NCBI RefSeq assembly: GCF_036971445.1
Contig: NC_091475.1
Location: 81,344,001 to 81,408,000, forward strand
DNA: 64,000 bases
Direction of reading: 5' to 3'
Source: Narcine bancroftii
Taxonomy: Eukaryota
Shown here: piece after piece, positions 38,673 to 53,029 of the stretch
How positions within the stretch are numbered: position 1 is the stretch's first letter
How the letters are laid out: each line of letters opens with the position of its first letter
Program-made: the position numbers and the translations under genes
The notes under the pieces: model-generated
Told to the model about the DNA's origin: nothing
What the model saw: only the letters and a program-made list of their open reading frames with translations
The model's database searches: none

Positions 38673-41600
38673 GTTGGTGTCAAACCCCCTAAACTTTGTT
38701 CTTAGACCCGTCAACAAGTACACCCCGCTATCTCCAGCGAAGTGTTGTTACGTTTATTTAAAAATACATGGTGTTTTCTCTCTCTCTCTCTCTCTCTAAC
38801 TCTCTCTCTCTGGACGTAGAATTTAAGCGGGCTCGTTCTCTTTATCAAATGCGCGCTGCTCAGAGAGGTAAATATTTCACTAAGTCCAGGATGTGAAATT
38901 AAAGGTTTCTCGGCTTCAATGGACTTGTTGCGGGGGGAACTTGTGCGTGTAAAAACAGGCGGACCACACTTTCGAAAGGGTTTACTGCCGCGACAACTAA
39001 TTTTCTTTTCCCTTCTTGAGCGGGAATTTGGAGCTGAAATGTCAGAAGTTTAATTCGATGCGAATTAGCGTGGTTACTTGACCTTCTCTCGAGGCTCCTT
39101 TTCGAAAGCCAAGTCTCCAAATTAAAGTCAGACGCTTCAACCCATCCTAAAAAAGTAAGAATGCTCAGGGAGATTGGAAATAAGGAATTTTTAAAATGAA
39201 GATGGCAAGAATTCAATTCAGTTTTAGGGCAGATTTGGTAAATAGGACAGGACGAGTTGTGGAAATATGTTTTTTTTTAGAGCCGACGAAAGAAGCCAAT
39301 ATCTCCAGGCTCATGGACTGCAAAGCATTATTCGGCTCAGTAATTGCGGGGATGGAGAATTTTGCGAGCCATCCCTGCACCAATAATCTCAGTACCCTGA
39401 TCCCCGAGGGTACCCTCCATCTAAGACGAACAAAGTTTACTACGGATCTCGAGTATAATGTTTTAGGTGCTGGCGAAATAAAGCAACCTGGTCAGAATTT
39501 ATTGTTGCAGACAGATATTATCCCTTGGAGAATGTTTATTGACGTATGCTTTACTTAATTATTTCCATTGATTTATAGTGTGCTGTCACAAGGCATAAAC
39601 AGATAGTGTTACACCTATCCGTTTAATGTCTTCTTAATGTTTTGTTTAAATGTTAAAGCAAATGGCCCATGACTGCTTTGATTACAGATTTTATCTAAGG
39701 AATATGTTCTACGTTTAGAGTAAAACATGGTTGATTTTGGGGTTGGGGTGGGAGCGGCGGGAACCTGTGGAGTGCTGGACTTGCTTTCAGCCATGATGGT
39801 AACGGCCACATGAAGAAATAGAGATTTGTTTGTCCGAATCCTTTTCAAGCAAAATTATTTCCAAGGAGTCAAGTTTAGTCAGATTGATACCTTATATTAT
39901 TACCCCAAGGTATTCTTGTCACCAAAACAGTGTTTACACACGAGGACCATACAAGGACATAGAGTCGCAGACCCTCTGGCCGCATTCGCGTTACTGACAG
40001 CGGACATTAATGGCATTAAAGCGTGTTTTGAGAAATGCTCAAATTTGACTGAACCGAAAAAGAGACAGGAATTCCTCGGACAGGAATATTAACACAATTG
40101 AACTCTGGACGTGGTGATCACAGCAAAATGAAGACAAATTAAGAATAATTCGAGCCGCACAGGGTAGCAGAAAGACTTTCTTCGCTTTAGTGGTGCTGGA
40201 AGATGATGCGGTTCAACTTGCTGTCCATCCCAGCTATGCTCGGCTTCCGTTAACGAGCGGTCATACTGGCCAGTTCATAACAGTCGCGATGAGGAAACCG
40301 ATTTTGCCTTTGTATTTTAGAAACCGCTTCAGAAAAGCGCAATAAAGACGGCAGAGAGAAACAGACACGGTAATGATAACGTGCCCTTCAACCGTTCATT
40401 GCAGAATCCGGGGAGATGGTAACTCTACTGGTTCCATAGCAGAAGTTGGGAGTTGCTGGAAGTTTCATTACAATGAGCTGTGCTGTCCAAAGATTGTCCT
40501 TCTGTTAGACTGAGTGATGTTGCAGAGGCGATCAATGTATTGCATTCACGAGGAAGATAGGACCCGCGATAGTCATGGGATGTGCTGCCAGGTTCGGATG
40601 TGTGTTGTTTACTCGCCATGACACGAATGAGGTTATGTTTGAGGGCGAAGTCGTTTTTACCATTCAAGTGCTTTCTGGATCCAGGTTCACACATGGCACT
40701 CAAAGAACGTCAGTATCTCTCCTCAAATATGCTGCTTTCCGGCCAGGAATTCCAGACTAAGCGGCGGGCCAATCGAAATGCCTGGCTAGGACCAGCCTCT
40801 GGGATTCGGATACAACATCAAGCTGCAGTACTTCACAAAGCTAAATATAAATATTTATATATACAAATAGAACCAACCTGTTAAAGAACTGAAGAGCGCC
40901 TGTGGCCTTTGGGTTCCTTCAACCCCATCACATATCCTGGTTAAAATCAATAAATGGCACCAACATCAATGGACATTTTAAAAAGATTAGTTGCCAGGTT
41001 GTAAGGTTGCCAATTGGTGTCAACAACAATCATATAATGAAGAACATGGAGATGTATTTTAATGAAGGAAAGTGTGCGTCTGCGAAGATGGTCACCAGTT
41101 CTGCTTTACTGTGATTCAATTTTACTTCCGTAGACACTTAATGACAAATCATTTATAACAAAGAATCTGCAAATAAACAGTAAAGAACGGGATTTCCATT
41201 TAAAATCCGTCTACTGCAGTAAAGGTGGAAAGGAATTGGGATGGGCGGGGGGGGGGGGGGGGGGGGGGAGTTGTCCCATTACTTACTTGTGTTGTGGTGG
41301 TTGGGAAATGTCAAGGCAACACAGCTAATGGTCCAGTTCTGATGAAGTTTGCCTATATTCCAGATTCCCAGATACCCAATCACAAAAGTTACAAGGCCTG
41401 GGGGGTTTTGCCCAAGGCGCCAACTGGTTTAAATAGTTACAAATTGTAAAATTCCGAGTTCTTAAATTANNNNNNNNNNNNNNNNNNNNNNNNNNNNNNN
41501 NNNNNNNNNNNNNNNNNNNNNNNNNNNNNNNNNNNNNNNNNNNNNNNNNNNNNNNNNNNNNNNNNNNNNNNNNNNNNNNNNNNNNNNNNNNNNNNNNNNT

Positions 41601-42831
41601 GTTGTTTTAAAAGGTCAGAAATGTAAAATCTCGACAGACAGTCCCAACCGAAGCCATTTCTATCCGTGGATAGTGGCTGGCCCGCTGAGTTCTTCATTAT
41701 TTGCAGAAGTTTAACGTAGTTGGTTTAAAGCTTCTGGTCAAGCATGTTTAACCATTACACCAAAAACTAAAGGGAAGATCAAACTTTCCGCAACATTCCA
41801 TGTAGAACGTAGAGAAAATAGGCTTGGTGTAAAACGATTGATTCGAATTGCAATAGTAATCAAGGTGGGGTTTTCTTTTGGAAATAGAAACATTTCTCGC
41901 TCTGTACACGGTCTCTACAGATTACTGAGTAAACTAAATACGAAAAACTCGGGGTTATTTTGGAAATAAAAGTTGGATACAATTATAAGCCCCAGTGCGA
42001 GGGAGAACCTTAAGATCACCAGCCGCTTACTTTTTAATGTTCTAATGTTCTATGTAGGGCTGTAAATGTATATGAGAACGAACAATGGATCTTCGAGGGG
42101 ATTTAGGAAGACCGGAGAAGGCAAAAACGTGTAGGGAACCTTAAGCTTTTTGCCTTACGTTTCTATAGCGCCTTTCGGCAAATCAGGAGTCCCAAAGTTT
42201 TAACAGAGAATGAAGTACTTTTTGAAGTGCAGTCGCTGTTGTAATGCAGGAATTTACCCCGGTCACCGAGGCTAAAACGGTGACAATAAACGTTTGCATT
42301 TTTAAGAATCTGCCCAAAACAATGGACACATGTTTGAAAAACTTTTTTTTCGGTGCAAAACAGCTCATTGTATTTTTTTCCTCCTTGTTATATTCAGGAG
42401 AGAAGCCTTTTAAATGCGAGTTCGATGGTTGTGACCGGAAATTTGCCAACAGCAGTGACAGGAAGAAGCATTCTCACGTCCACACCAGTGATAAGCCATA
42501 CAACTGTAAAATAAGAGGCTGCGACAAATCATACACTCACCCTAGTTCTCTTCGCAAACACATGAAAGTCCATTGCAAATCTCCTCCCCCTCCCCCTGGC
42601 TCCGGCTACGAGCTTTCAAACACGTCCCTGGGGATCATGGCCCCAGCTTCAGAGACAGTCAGGGGCCGCACTCCTAGCGTGTCTTCTCAAGTCACCAACC
42701 TCAACGAATGGTACGTTTGCCAGGGGAGCGGTGCTGCCGACAACCTGCGCACATCTTCCAACAATGGCACCTCATCCGACACCGAGGATGAGGAAGTTTA
42801 CACGAACTCTGATCCCAGGACTATGCTCTGA
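37688..42831 (+). CDS. zic5: Zinc finger protein ZIC5, join(37688..38672, 42398..42831), 472 aa
   Basis: [15 protein letters not shown] start in a strong Kozak context (GCTATGG); [24 protein letters not shown] and ZF-NC; five C2H2 fingers with Zic5-type [18 protein letters not shown] and CKIRGCDK; C-terminus NLNEWYVCQ...SDTEDEEVY. Two-exon structure, 985+434 nt in frame. Confidence 0.96.
38776..38811. repeat. Interrupted (CT)n microsatellite in the Zic5 intron
   Basis: Read directly from the sequence. Confidence 0.85.
41470..41599. other. Assembly gap in the Zic5 intron
   Basis: N run. Confidence 1.
42398..42831 (+). CDS. zic5: Zic5 coding exon 2
   Basis: Polypyrimidine tract plus TTCAG|GA acceptor at 42397/42398; ZF4-ZF5 and C-terminus; TGA at 42829-42831. 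Confidence 0.95.
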
Positions 42832-44200
42832 CACAGGAGCCTTGGAGAAGCGTGCAAGTGGGCAAGAGTCAAGACAGGGTTAGTGGCAATGGAGCCCATC
42901 AACTAAAGGCAGCTACTATGTCCAATGAATGGTCACCTTATACCAGCTAGATTCAAACTTCGTATGAAAGGAACTTAAGGGCTAAGGATCTGATCCTAAG
43001 CAATTTTCCAGCCTCCGTGTCCGCTAGAATTATTGTGTGTTCTTCAAGGTAAAAGGGAATTGCAATCTCATTTACTTTCAGACGCTAGATTTTAATTTTA
43101 TGAAATCAGACGTGACCTAAACAGATAAAACGTATCAGACCCATTTCGGACAAGCAATAGCATCTTCGACCCACCGGTAGACATCTCGCATCTTACCCGT
43201 TCTTTGGTTAACTGCGAAATCAGGGTCGAAACCCTGCAATTCTATGAAAGTATCACGGACTACCGTCCCGAGAGAAAAAAACAAAACGGTCATAGGCTTG
43301 TGTTCAGTGAAATAACCCAGTGTTGCTGGGTTCGGTAACGAAGTATAAGGAGCAATTTATTTACATCTCCCTCACATTCAAAGCTGAATTAAGACTTCCC
43401 TGCTATATGTGAAAAGAGTCTTCTGTCAGTAATATTGAAAGTCACAAGGACTCTGTTTGACCCTGTGAAATCAGGATCGACAATATATCAACTCTTAAAA
43501 CCAAGAGCCCTGGGATTCCTTTGTGTGATCTTCTATCCATCATGGTATAGTCTAAAATCTTCATATTTTACTCATAATTATTCAGGCCTTCAGACAAACA
43601 AACTAAAGAGCACTAATATGTCCTCAGAGGCCAGAAGATGCAAAAATGACAGGCCTGTCCCTGTAGGGTTTGTACATAATTGTTGTGGGCTGCAAGTCGT
43701 TGATGTAATCGTTAGCTATCTTAAGATTTTGTCCATAAATGCTCTTTTATTTTTAAACTATAATTTATTTGCTGATGTGTAATATTTTCTGCGATAGTAC
43801 AGACACACCAAAGAATTATATTATTAAGTTTGGTGCGGTATTGTGGTGTTTATGAATCTGTGGATTCGTCAGATCGTTTAATTTCTACTCATTTGAATGA
43901 AATGTAAAATGTGAAAAGTGGAAAGTGGTTGTTTATTTCTCTTCTGTGGTGATTTAATCGTTGTTACTATAGCATTGGTCAATGTTAAAACTACGATGCA
44001 TGTTGCAGTCATTTTATATGTCCCTTGCATTGACAAACGCCCCCAAAAACTGATTGGAAAAAAATGCAACGAAGACGTATCAGTTCCTTTATTGCAATGA
44101 ATGGTCCACGTGTACTTTGTGTTTTCAGTGAAAGAGGTTAAACCGTGTGACAGTGTATTTTACAATTGTGAATAAAGAGATATTGTTTTTCCTCTGTTTT
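42832..44200 (+). other. zic5: Zic5 3' UTR with polyadenylation signal AATAAA (44171-44176)
   Basis: AATAAA preceded by UGUA and followed by a U/GU-rich tract. Pumilio element TGTACATA at 43671-43678 and AU-rich ATTTATTT motifs. Confidence 0.65.
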
Positions 44201-47200
44201 AATAATTGCATTCTGTATTAAATGTGTACATCCTAACATTTGTCAAAAGGTGATGTGGGGGGGGGGTGGAATTGTGGACAACGCGACCCTGGATAGTGAA
44301 GAATAATATTACCTCAGCCAGTGATGTAAAGGTAAATGATTCAAGGCCCCAGGTACTGCATTTCTTATATTGAACTGCTTACTGCTGTCCAAGGACCTTT
44401 GCAATATTTACATGTTCAACTGCAGATTTGTCGGCATGAAGATACGGTCGGGCAGACGGATATGAAACAGTTCCTAATATTGCCTGTAACCGATCTTTCA
44501 AAATGACGTCAAAAAGGCAAGAAAGGAATTCATGTTTGCCCCTGAATCAAAATGTACTCAACTCCAGAAGTGCAGGGAAGCGACAGGCTGGGAGATATAT
44601 TGGCTGAGAGAAAACCACGATTTCAAGGACGATGACAAATACAGTCCATTATACTTAATTATTTTAATATCTTGGGAATTATTTTGTAGCCTCGAACCCC
44701 CATGGTTTCGATCTTATTGCACGATCGCCCCCTGCCCTACCAGACAAACCAAACTCCAAAATAAAAACAATGCGGCAAAATAAAGGTCCCAAAAATCGGT
44801 TTCTCCCCGACAATCCAGCTGTGATGAGCCTTTTCAACATTTCCTAGCTACCAATTTGAGAGCTCAGAGCTACCAATTTAGTCTCTAGAACTACAATAGA
44901 ATTATTATCGTTATGGATGTATCGCTTAGGTCAACTTGATGGCTATCCCACCACCCAAAAGCGAATTAGAGAAGCCGCTGGGATATCAGGAGATGCCGTC
45001 TGCACCCAAGGGTGACCCGTCGAATGTACGTCATGGTAAAATAATGGACAGGAACCAGGTTCCTTTGGTCAAAATGTCAAAGAACAGATGGAAAAGTGGA
45101 CGATGGAACAGAGCCGGTGTACAAAAAAAAAACCAATCCCGGGAAGGACTGATATTCCCTCTAAATGAAACCAGTTGTTCTCTGAGAGACTCACAATTAA
45201 ATGCATATGAAGCAGAAGAAGATTCATGTAAATGAAGGCGCCAATCAATGGGAAAACTTATAGGACTCTAATGAAGTTTCTCGTGAAAAGAAGGGTCGTA
45301 CAAAGGCATCGACACATGAATGATTCATGGGAAATATAAAAGATATCTAACAATAAGCAGATCGTTGTAAAGAATGCGAAAAAACACGTTCCCCTTCAAC
45401 ACGCTCCCCATTTAAACGCACAATCTCGTTCTCCTAGTGTTCACCATCTTCCCTGTGCGGGTAAAATGTGACCAGTCCCTGTCCTGCGCCACTTCAAAGC
45501 GATTTACTCCGGAGCGGAAGACTTGGCGCTTGGACACTCTTCATGGTGTGTTACGATTTCTATGGCAATTGGCAGAACTGAGCTTCATATTTGAATATAT
45601 TTCCAATAAAGCCACTTATTAGTCTAAGCGGCGCATGATTTGACCATATATAGTCTTCATTCCAACCCAACCCCCCCCCCCCCACCAAAAAAACACCCAG
45701 AGTAACATTTGGGGGGAATAAAAAAACACAGGAACAGCGGCTTTTCCTTGAATAAAACCCAACAATGTGCAAGAAACGGGTACTAATTCTTTCCAACATG
45801 TTCAGGCAAACAGAAATATGAGTGAAAAGTCCTTTCACACAAGCATCATCAGTCAGTGAGTAGACGGATGCAAACACGTTCAGTAATGCTCTTTTGTCAA
45901 CATTACGAGGCTTTCGAATAAAACATCACCAGTGAGCACAGCAAATGAGATCGACTCTATCTTCTCCCAGATGGATGAACAGTGCAACCGGAAAAGCTGT
46001 TTTAACAGGGTGCGAGTTCTGAAAACAGCATACATGTTGTATAAGCACTAGGGATTACTGTCATTTCCGTTGGCAAATGGGTGCTTGGTTGCACGAGGAA
46101 AGGATCAGATGCCGCGTACCTGAAGTAGTTAAACATAGGATTCATATTTCAGACACAGGCTTGCTTTCTCGACGAGGAATGGCCCTTTCCTGTAGCCTGT
46201 CACTTTAGAAAAGCTAAACATATATAAGAAGGTGGAGAAAAAGCAAACTCAAGTCAACAGCAATAACAAAAAGAGGGGGAGAAAAAAAAGGGGAAAAAGT
46301 GTAAGTGTGTAATCAGGCAGGGAGAAGTTCAAAGACAGGGGCTTTGAAATTCAAACTAGTGCTTTTACGGTACATCAACATGGCGCGTTAAGATTGCTAT
46401 GGCAATGAACAATTCGAAAGCTGGCTGCATCCAAAGCAGTCTACCTCGATTCGCGACAGTCTATTAAGATACAGTTGCATTGACCTTTAGTTTCATGCTA
46501 TGTTAGTTCAGTCATCTTCACTGCATCAGAATCTTTCATATTTTGTCTTTTCCCCTCCAGGAGACTCTTCCCTCCACCTCACTTTTCCTCCCCCTTCCCT
46601 CCTCGCCCACCCCCCTTCCAAATATCAGCGACTTTATTTTTTTTCCCCCTTGGGGATCAGTCTTGAAGTGTTTACTCGGCTCTTTCTCTCCCTTTTTTTG
46701 CACTTACCAACGATTGTGTGCAATATGCTATCGTCCTTTGTTTATCTAATACAAGTACTCAGTGAATGGTGAAAAATAAACACGATGAAAAATAACCAAA
46801 CAGATGATTCCTCCCAGTGAAAAACCCGGGGACTTAATAAAAGAGCGAAGCAGTTACCGTTGAATGAGAAACCCTTTGAAGTGGAACTTATTATCTGAGG
46901 AATACTTTGCCGTCGTCCTAACGACACAGCTGAATTGAAAACCGCTCCCTTTTGTCAACGATTTGTTCTCCTTTACTAGAAAGCCCACTGAAATTACTTA
47001 CATGAACTGCCTTAACATACAGACTGTGGAAATCAGGAACTTTGCAACTCAGACTTTCTGACGCCACCTCTGCTGAATTTGAAGGGAGGTGTGGAAGGGA
47101 CAGCGTAGAGAGGGAGGGGTGGATTTGGAACAGATCGCGTTAAGTGTGTATGTGAGTGTGTGTCTCTGTGTTGCAGAGGGGTGAGTTACAATTGCGATTT

Positions 47201-48329
47201 CAGATGCACTCCATGCACGTTCTTAAACTGCCACTCATACACCATATTATGTCAGATATAGTCTACAATGTTCCCCCACTCACTCTGCCTCGCCATAACT
47301 CTTTTTTTAAAAAAACCAAGAACCTCATAGCTCCCTGGCCTCTCTTTGTACAAACGACATCCTGTTTTATACAAATTTATTCATAACAGATGCATAAAAT
47401 ACACCACCGGTTTCAGAATTATGCTACAAAACCAAACGTAGATCATAGACTTGAAGAGTTGTAAAACCTGTCCATTCTTTCGCGAAGGTAATTATTTATT
47501 CTGAGACATTTGCAATACATCTCAGATCTCGTTTCCTGGAAAATTATTGCGACAATTTTTTTTAACCAACTTACCGAGATCATCTGAACATTTCAGAACA
47601 ATGTATTGCCTTTTTTTTCCCCCAAATGTCTTGTCAATGCAATCTGATATAAGTGTAGTTATCTACACCCACCACAAACGAAATATAGTTTTAAAAAACT
47701 GTAAATTGCCCCATTTAACACAGAATTTATTGTGGTCATGGTCACCTTCTGTCAGATTACATGTAATGGTTTCTGAACAGAAATCTTTAACTTTATTATA
47801 TTATTCAGCTATTCTTATACAATCTACCAAAAAACGCTGCCTTTTAATCTGAACATCCTGAAAAATAATGTGCTCTCTGAGAACAGCGCACCAGTGGTAG
47901 CGTTACAAGCAGAGTGCATTAAATATTGAATGACACTGGGAAAAAAGAGCTTGTCAAGGAGCACTCATCCTGAAAGTCTTTCTTTGACTTTTTTCTGCAC
48001 TGCCCTGTCCGACTATTTAAGCTGGTGTTAATTAAGGCCTGCTTACGATTCAGCTCGATTCCAGCTTTGTCTATTTACTCACCACCCTTGTCAAACGACA
48101 TCGTTAGTCTAACCAGCTCTTTGCACACACATTTAGTTTAGTAAAAGTGCACTTCCTTCAGTACTCCAGCTAGAAAGGCTGTCTCTGCAGGTGATGGTGA
48201 AAACCCCGGAATCTCCTCTAAAATATTGATTTAGCGCTGGAAGATCGATAGAGGCGCATTGAAACAAATGTGTCACCGGTGCATCTGACCGATCATCGTT
48301 TATTGGATAAATTATATAGTGCGATTCTT

Positions 48330-48585
48330 ACTCAGACGAACACAAACATGAAGACGCACAGACACACCAACATCCCCACGCACAAACACATCTCCAAACA
48401 CATATCCCCCAACACGCACACATACACAAGCTCTTCTTCCCAACACTCATACCCATATTTATTGCGATACTCCCTTCTCCCCTTTCCCACACACACGACG
48501 ACATTCCCTCCCCAACACATTACACAGACACAACACAGATACACTTCTCCTCCCCATCCATACACACCCACACATATCACACACA
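48330..48585. repeat. Degenerate (CA)-rich simple repeat
   Basis: Low-complexity CA/C-rich tract. Confidence 0.75.
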
Positions 48586-51500
48586 AGAAAGAATATTCTC
48601 TCGGTCTGTAAGATACTCTTCGAACTTCTATTAAAAGATATAACTTTTTTTAAAAAGTTTGGCAATCAACTCGCTTCGTACTCTCACAAATCAGCGCGGT
48701 TGTTGGATGTCCAGGAAATCAGCCCGAATAATTATTTCACCACCTCATTGGGTTGAAGCATATTGGACATTTAAACTTGCTGTAAATGACAATCAAAGCC
48801 TAAAAGTGATATTGAAAGAAAGAGCGGTGGTTTATTACTGATCAGAAGGATTCTTCTGATTGGCCCCCAGTCTAATATCAGCCGATACAACAACAGGGAA
48901 GTCAATCGGCCACTGGACAAACATCAGGTCCAAACCCTCGGACAAAATGTCTTCTGATTTGCTTCCATGTGAAGTGGGAAGATTGTTTCAGCAACTGAAA
49001 CTAATTTGAATGATTTATAGATAAAACTTGACCCGGTCTTTAAAAGTCTTGTCAAGGAAATAATTCCTCGTCAGAGAACGAAGCCTGTGTTGAAGAAAGT
49101 GAAAACACTCTTCGTCAGGAAATGAGCTGAAACCTTTCACTCTGAGACTGCACCACTTGGACTCATTTACACACCATTTGCCAACATGTCGGGTGGTCGT
49201 TGAAAGGGCGAAGATTTGTCGGAATGGGCTGGGGGTAAAGACACTTTTGGGGGGAAATAGTCAATAATGTTTTATTTTCAAATCACCTGCGAGTCAGTCA
49301 CGCACAGGGGAAAATAGGCTGGAGTGTTAATGGGGACTGGCTGTTCAGGACGGGAGATCCACGTGATGCCTGAAATGGGTTTAAGGATGATATTAAATCG
49401 GGAAACAGTAGCATAATATTGAAGGGTGTCGAAAACGGAATAATCACGCACTGCCTTAGAAAGATGGCGGACTAGACTGTAGAATGGTCCTCTCATTTCT
49501 GCCAGACGTGTCATGCAGTTTGCGCAGAATTCTCTTCAGGTGCCTTGACAGCCTGCAATTGTGTAAATGGGGTTGTAGAAGAGGTTGCCCCCGAGATCAT
49601 ATTAAGAAAGTTTTAACTCCATACACCCTGGGTGCAGATTCAGTCCATCCCAGGGTCGTGAATGAAATCTGGGGACGAGTGTTTCGATGTACAAAAGGAG
49701 AGGGTCATAAAATAACTAATAGGATGGGAGAAACCCAGCGGATTCCCTACTACTGTAGTTCGACAAACTCAATTTCCTGTTTGCACTCTTCACCAGTCTG
49801 ATTAGATCCTGGTTTTTACAACAGATTTGTAAAACCCCTTTCGATAAAGCAATGTTATACTTAGGCGCCTTTTTGTCCCTTCAGACCAGTGTACATTAAT
49901 TATCAGTAACTAAAGAAACATTTGCTAAACTTCCAATCTAGTTCGGGATTAGTCTAAATCCCGGCGTTTGTTTTACAGTGGGATCTGGGGGGGATTCCTG
50001 CTGTTGATGGTGCTGTATTCTTGGACTCTATTCTTCTTGCTGGTTCAAGTGTAGAGCTTTTCATCGAGAAACACTTCTTGTTAATGGACACACATTCATA
50101 GTGCAGGCTGCGTGCCAAAATCCTCCAAGCACCCTACCTGGCGCACTGCTTACATTTCTTGAATAGGTGGAGAGAGGGATACAGAGTCATGTTCTGGGGA
50201 CGAGTTTAAGTCGTTCTCAGGATCCAAATATAATTTAAGTGGACAAGAATTCTTCCTCAGAAGTTGAACATTAAGAGGAATCTGTAAGTACGCGTTCCTC
50301 CCGTTTTTTTTGTGTGTTTGTGAGCATATTCAGTGGCTGCGAACACACTAAGCAGGCAACGGCTTTGGCGGGTTGTTTGTTGCAAGTTAAGTGTCTAATG
50401 CTTGATGTGCCTGTCTTGGAGAAGTTTTAACTACAAGCGAGTACCGGTGTCATTTTAAATTAGGGCTCGGTCGAATTGCGGTAAGTTTTAGAAGCGCTTC
50501 ATTTTTCCTCCCAGAAGTCAGATTTGGGCCACTGTGACTTCACCTATTAGCCCCGATGTCTTTCCGAAAAGAGTTGAACATCCGACAATGTGCACTCCGG
50601 GGCGCCTCTTCCCTGACCTCTAGCCGTTTTTTGATAGTTTTATAGGAACTTCATTAAATCAATTACTTAGTGGGCACATCATAATTTATTTGTAATTAGC
50701 ACTCAAGAGCTTGTTTTTTTGCAACAGACCTCGAAAGACCTGCCCAGCGGGATGTGGTGTGTAAGGCAAGGAATTTTGTTTTCTATTCACTCGTGGCATT
50801 ATTCGAGCGAAACAATAAGTGTAATCTCACGTCTTAATCTAGCACCGTCAGGAGAAAACAAGCAAGTGAGTGTGACAATATTTGTCTTCATTTAGAAGTT
50901 CTTTGTCGCGATGCCCTTGTATAGTATGCCGAGTTGGAGGCTCTGTGCTCAGGGCGGGCAGTGGACTCGCAGGGAAAAGGAGCGTGTGTCCGTCCCTCTG
51001 TGGATACGTGGGAGTGACAGGGGAAAGTGAGATCGTGGTGATGTCGGGGAGAGAGTGTGCAGAGAATAGACGGGAGGAAGTGGGTGGATCGCAAGGCGTA
51101 GTGGTCCAGGTGAGATGGAGGAAGAGAAGGCGGCGAGAAAGGGGAATCTGGCCTCGGAATGTGAGAGGCGACGTGTCAAAATAAACGCCAAAACCCAAGC
51201 AATTGTCAGCTTCTCGCGTCTTGAAACCGTTCGGACCCAGGCTGCTTTTAGACCCCACTCGATTTTATTTCCTGTCAAATCCAGTGAAAACTAACAGCTT
51301 AAAGGGAGCAAGACCTTGGCGGCTCATACTCTCGCCAAATTTCCCGCTCAGCGAGTTGGGCTGGCATTTCACCCAAATACATTCAAACCAGCCTTGGATT
51401 CTCTGAGGTTCGTTCAATTCGCCCCAGTGTCTGAGCTGAATGGTCCCAATGATAGATGATTTGGTTTGCTCTCTCAGTAGAAGTTGACGTTAAGAACTTT

Positions 51501-51944
51501 GCAAGATAAACTATTGGGAGTCTGGGGTGGGGGGTGGGAGGGGGAGGGGGTTGGGAGGAGAAGATTTGAAAAAGTAACTCAACTATTCATTTAAAGCATG
51601 ACTACACCTGGGGTGACAGGCCCGAACCCCGAGACAGATGCATGAAAAACACTCCTTAGCACCTACAAACTCGACCTAACAAAAGACCGTCAGTCTCAAG
51701 GATGGAAGATTGGCGGGTTAATTAGATATGGAGCACCAAATAAAAACAACGAGGAAGTGCATGCGAAGGTGAAAAAGATGGAAGTGAGCAGAGAGAAGCA
51801 AAGTTTCTCCAGTTGAATGCATTATGTAAGATGGCAGGGAGCCCATTTGGATCAGGAACAATCCAAATTCCAATGTCAGATGTAGCAAGTCAGAGAGATG
51901 ATCAGATTACAATTGGTCTCATTGTTCTTGGCTCAAGGGAAGAA

Positions 51945-52510
51945 TAGAATCATAGAATAATATACCATAGAAACATTTCTGCAAACCTCATTTGCCTGTA
52001 TCCCTCTGCACCTTTCCTATTAAAAGTGCTTGTCCAAATGCCTTTCAAATATTGATATTGTATCTGCCTTCACCAACTCCCCTGGCAGCTCGTTCCAGAT
52101 ATTAATCACTTTCTGTATGAAAAATCTGTCTGATATCTGTGTAAAAAACTTATGGCTGACATCTCTCACCTTAAATCTCTAACAATAACAAGTTTATTTT
52201 CATATACATTGTACAATGTACAAAATTTTTTACTTGCTGCAGCCAAACCGGTACTCCATTTAAAAACAATAGTGTACATTAAATTGTATCGAAGAGACAA
52301 TGAATATATAAATATTTGCAGTTATCCAAATGCAAGAAAATAAAGTAACTACAAATCACGCAGCCAATCCACGATTAGTGTAACAGGAGGAGGTTTAAGA
52401 GCCTCCAGTTCTGGACCCCTATCCTGGGAAAGAAAATTTCTGACACCCTATCTTATCTCTGCAGCTCATAATTTTAAACCTCTATAGGGCACACTTCTGC
52501 ATTCCAGAAT
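51945..52510 (-). mobile_element. CR1-type LINE 3' fragment, interrupted by a short Rex1-like 3' piece (~52185-52402)
   Basis: ATAGAATCATAGAA tail and GTCCAAATGCCTTTCAAAT...CCCTGGCAGCTCGTTCCAGAT. The CR1 sequence resumes at ~52403. Confidence 0.6.
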
Positions 52511-53029
52511 AATGGTTAATCTCCAGTCCAGAGAGTCAGGGGAACAATCTCAGTCTTGAGTTGAAAACCCATCATTGCAACAGAGAATTTAAAATGAATT
52601 TAATTACATAGTTCAGGAAGTCTGGGATCAGGAAATGAGAACAAAAAATTCTATTGTATGTTGTAAAAGTGCAATCCTTTACCAGCTACATCACTCCAGG
52701 TATTGGATATGTGACACCAATTACAAAACAATACAATAGATTCTCAAACTCCCTTAGAAATGGCCCAGAAAAATGCAGTTCAATGGAAATTATGGTTGCA
52801 AACATGCTAAAATCATCAAATTCCTTGAATTAATACATTTAATTTATTTTTAAAAAAGGTCCCATCATTGATCTCTGAAACCATTTTTTGTCACTATTAG
52901 CTGATGGCAAATTTAAGATATGATGATGTCCATTGTTTCACAAAAAGGTTAATACTCAGATCATGGCATTGCCAACCCTTGGAAAGCAGTCAGAATAGGA
53001 ATGGATAGCAATATTTGGATATTTTCTTG

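Noticed and set aside
42244-42397. ATG-initiated 5' extension of the Zic5 exon 2 ORF
   Set aside because: Intronic sequence including the polypyrimidine tract. The acceptor at 42397 restores the canonical TGEKPF linker.
44936-45235. 99-aa hydrophilic ORF downstream of Zic5
   Set aside because: No recognisable homology or exon signals, and the length is within chance expectation.
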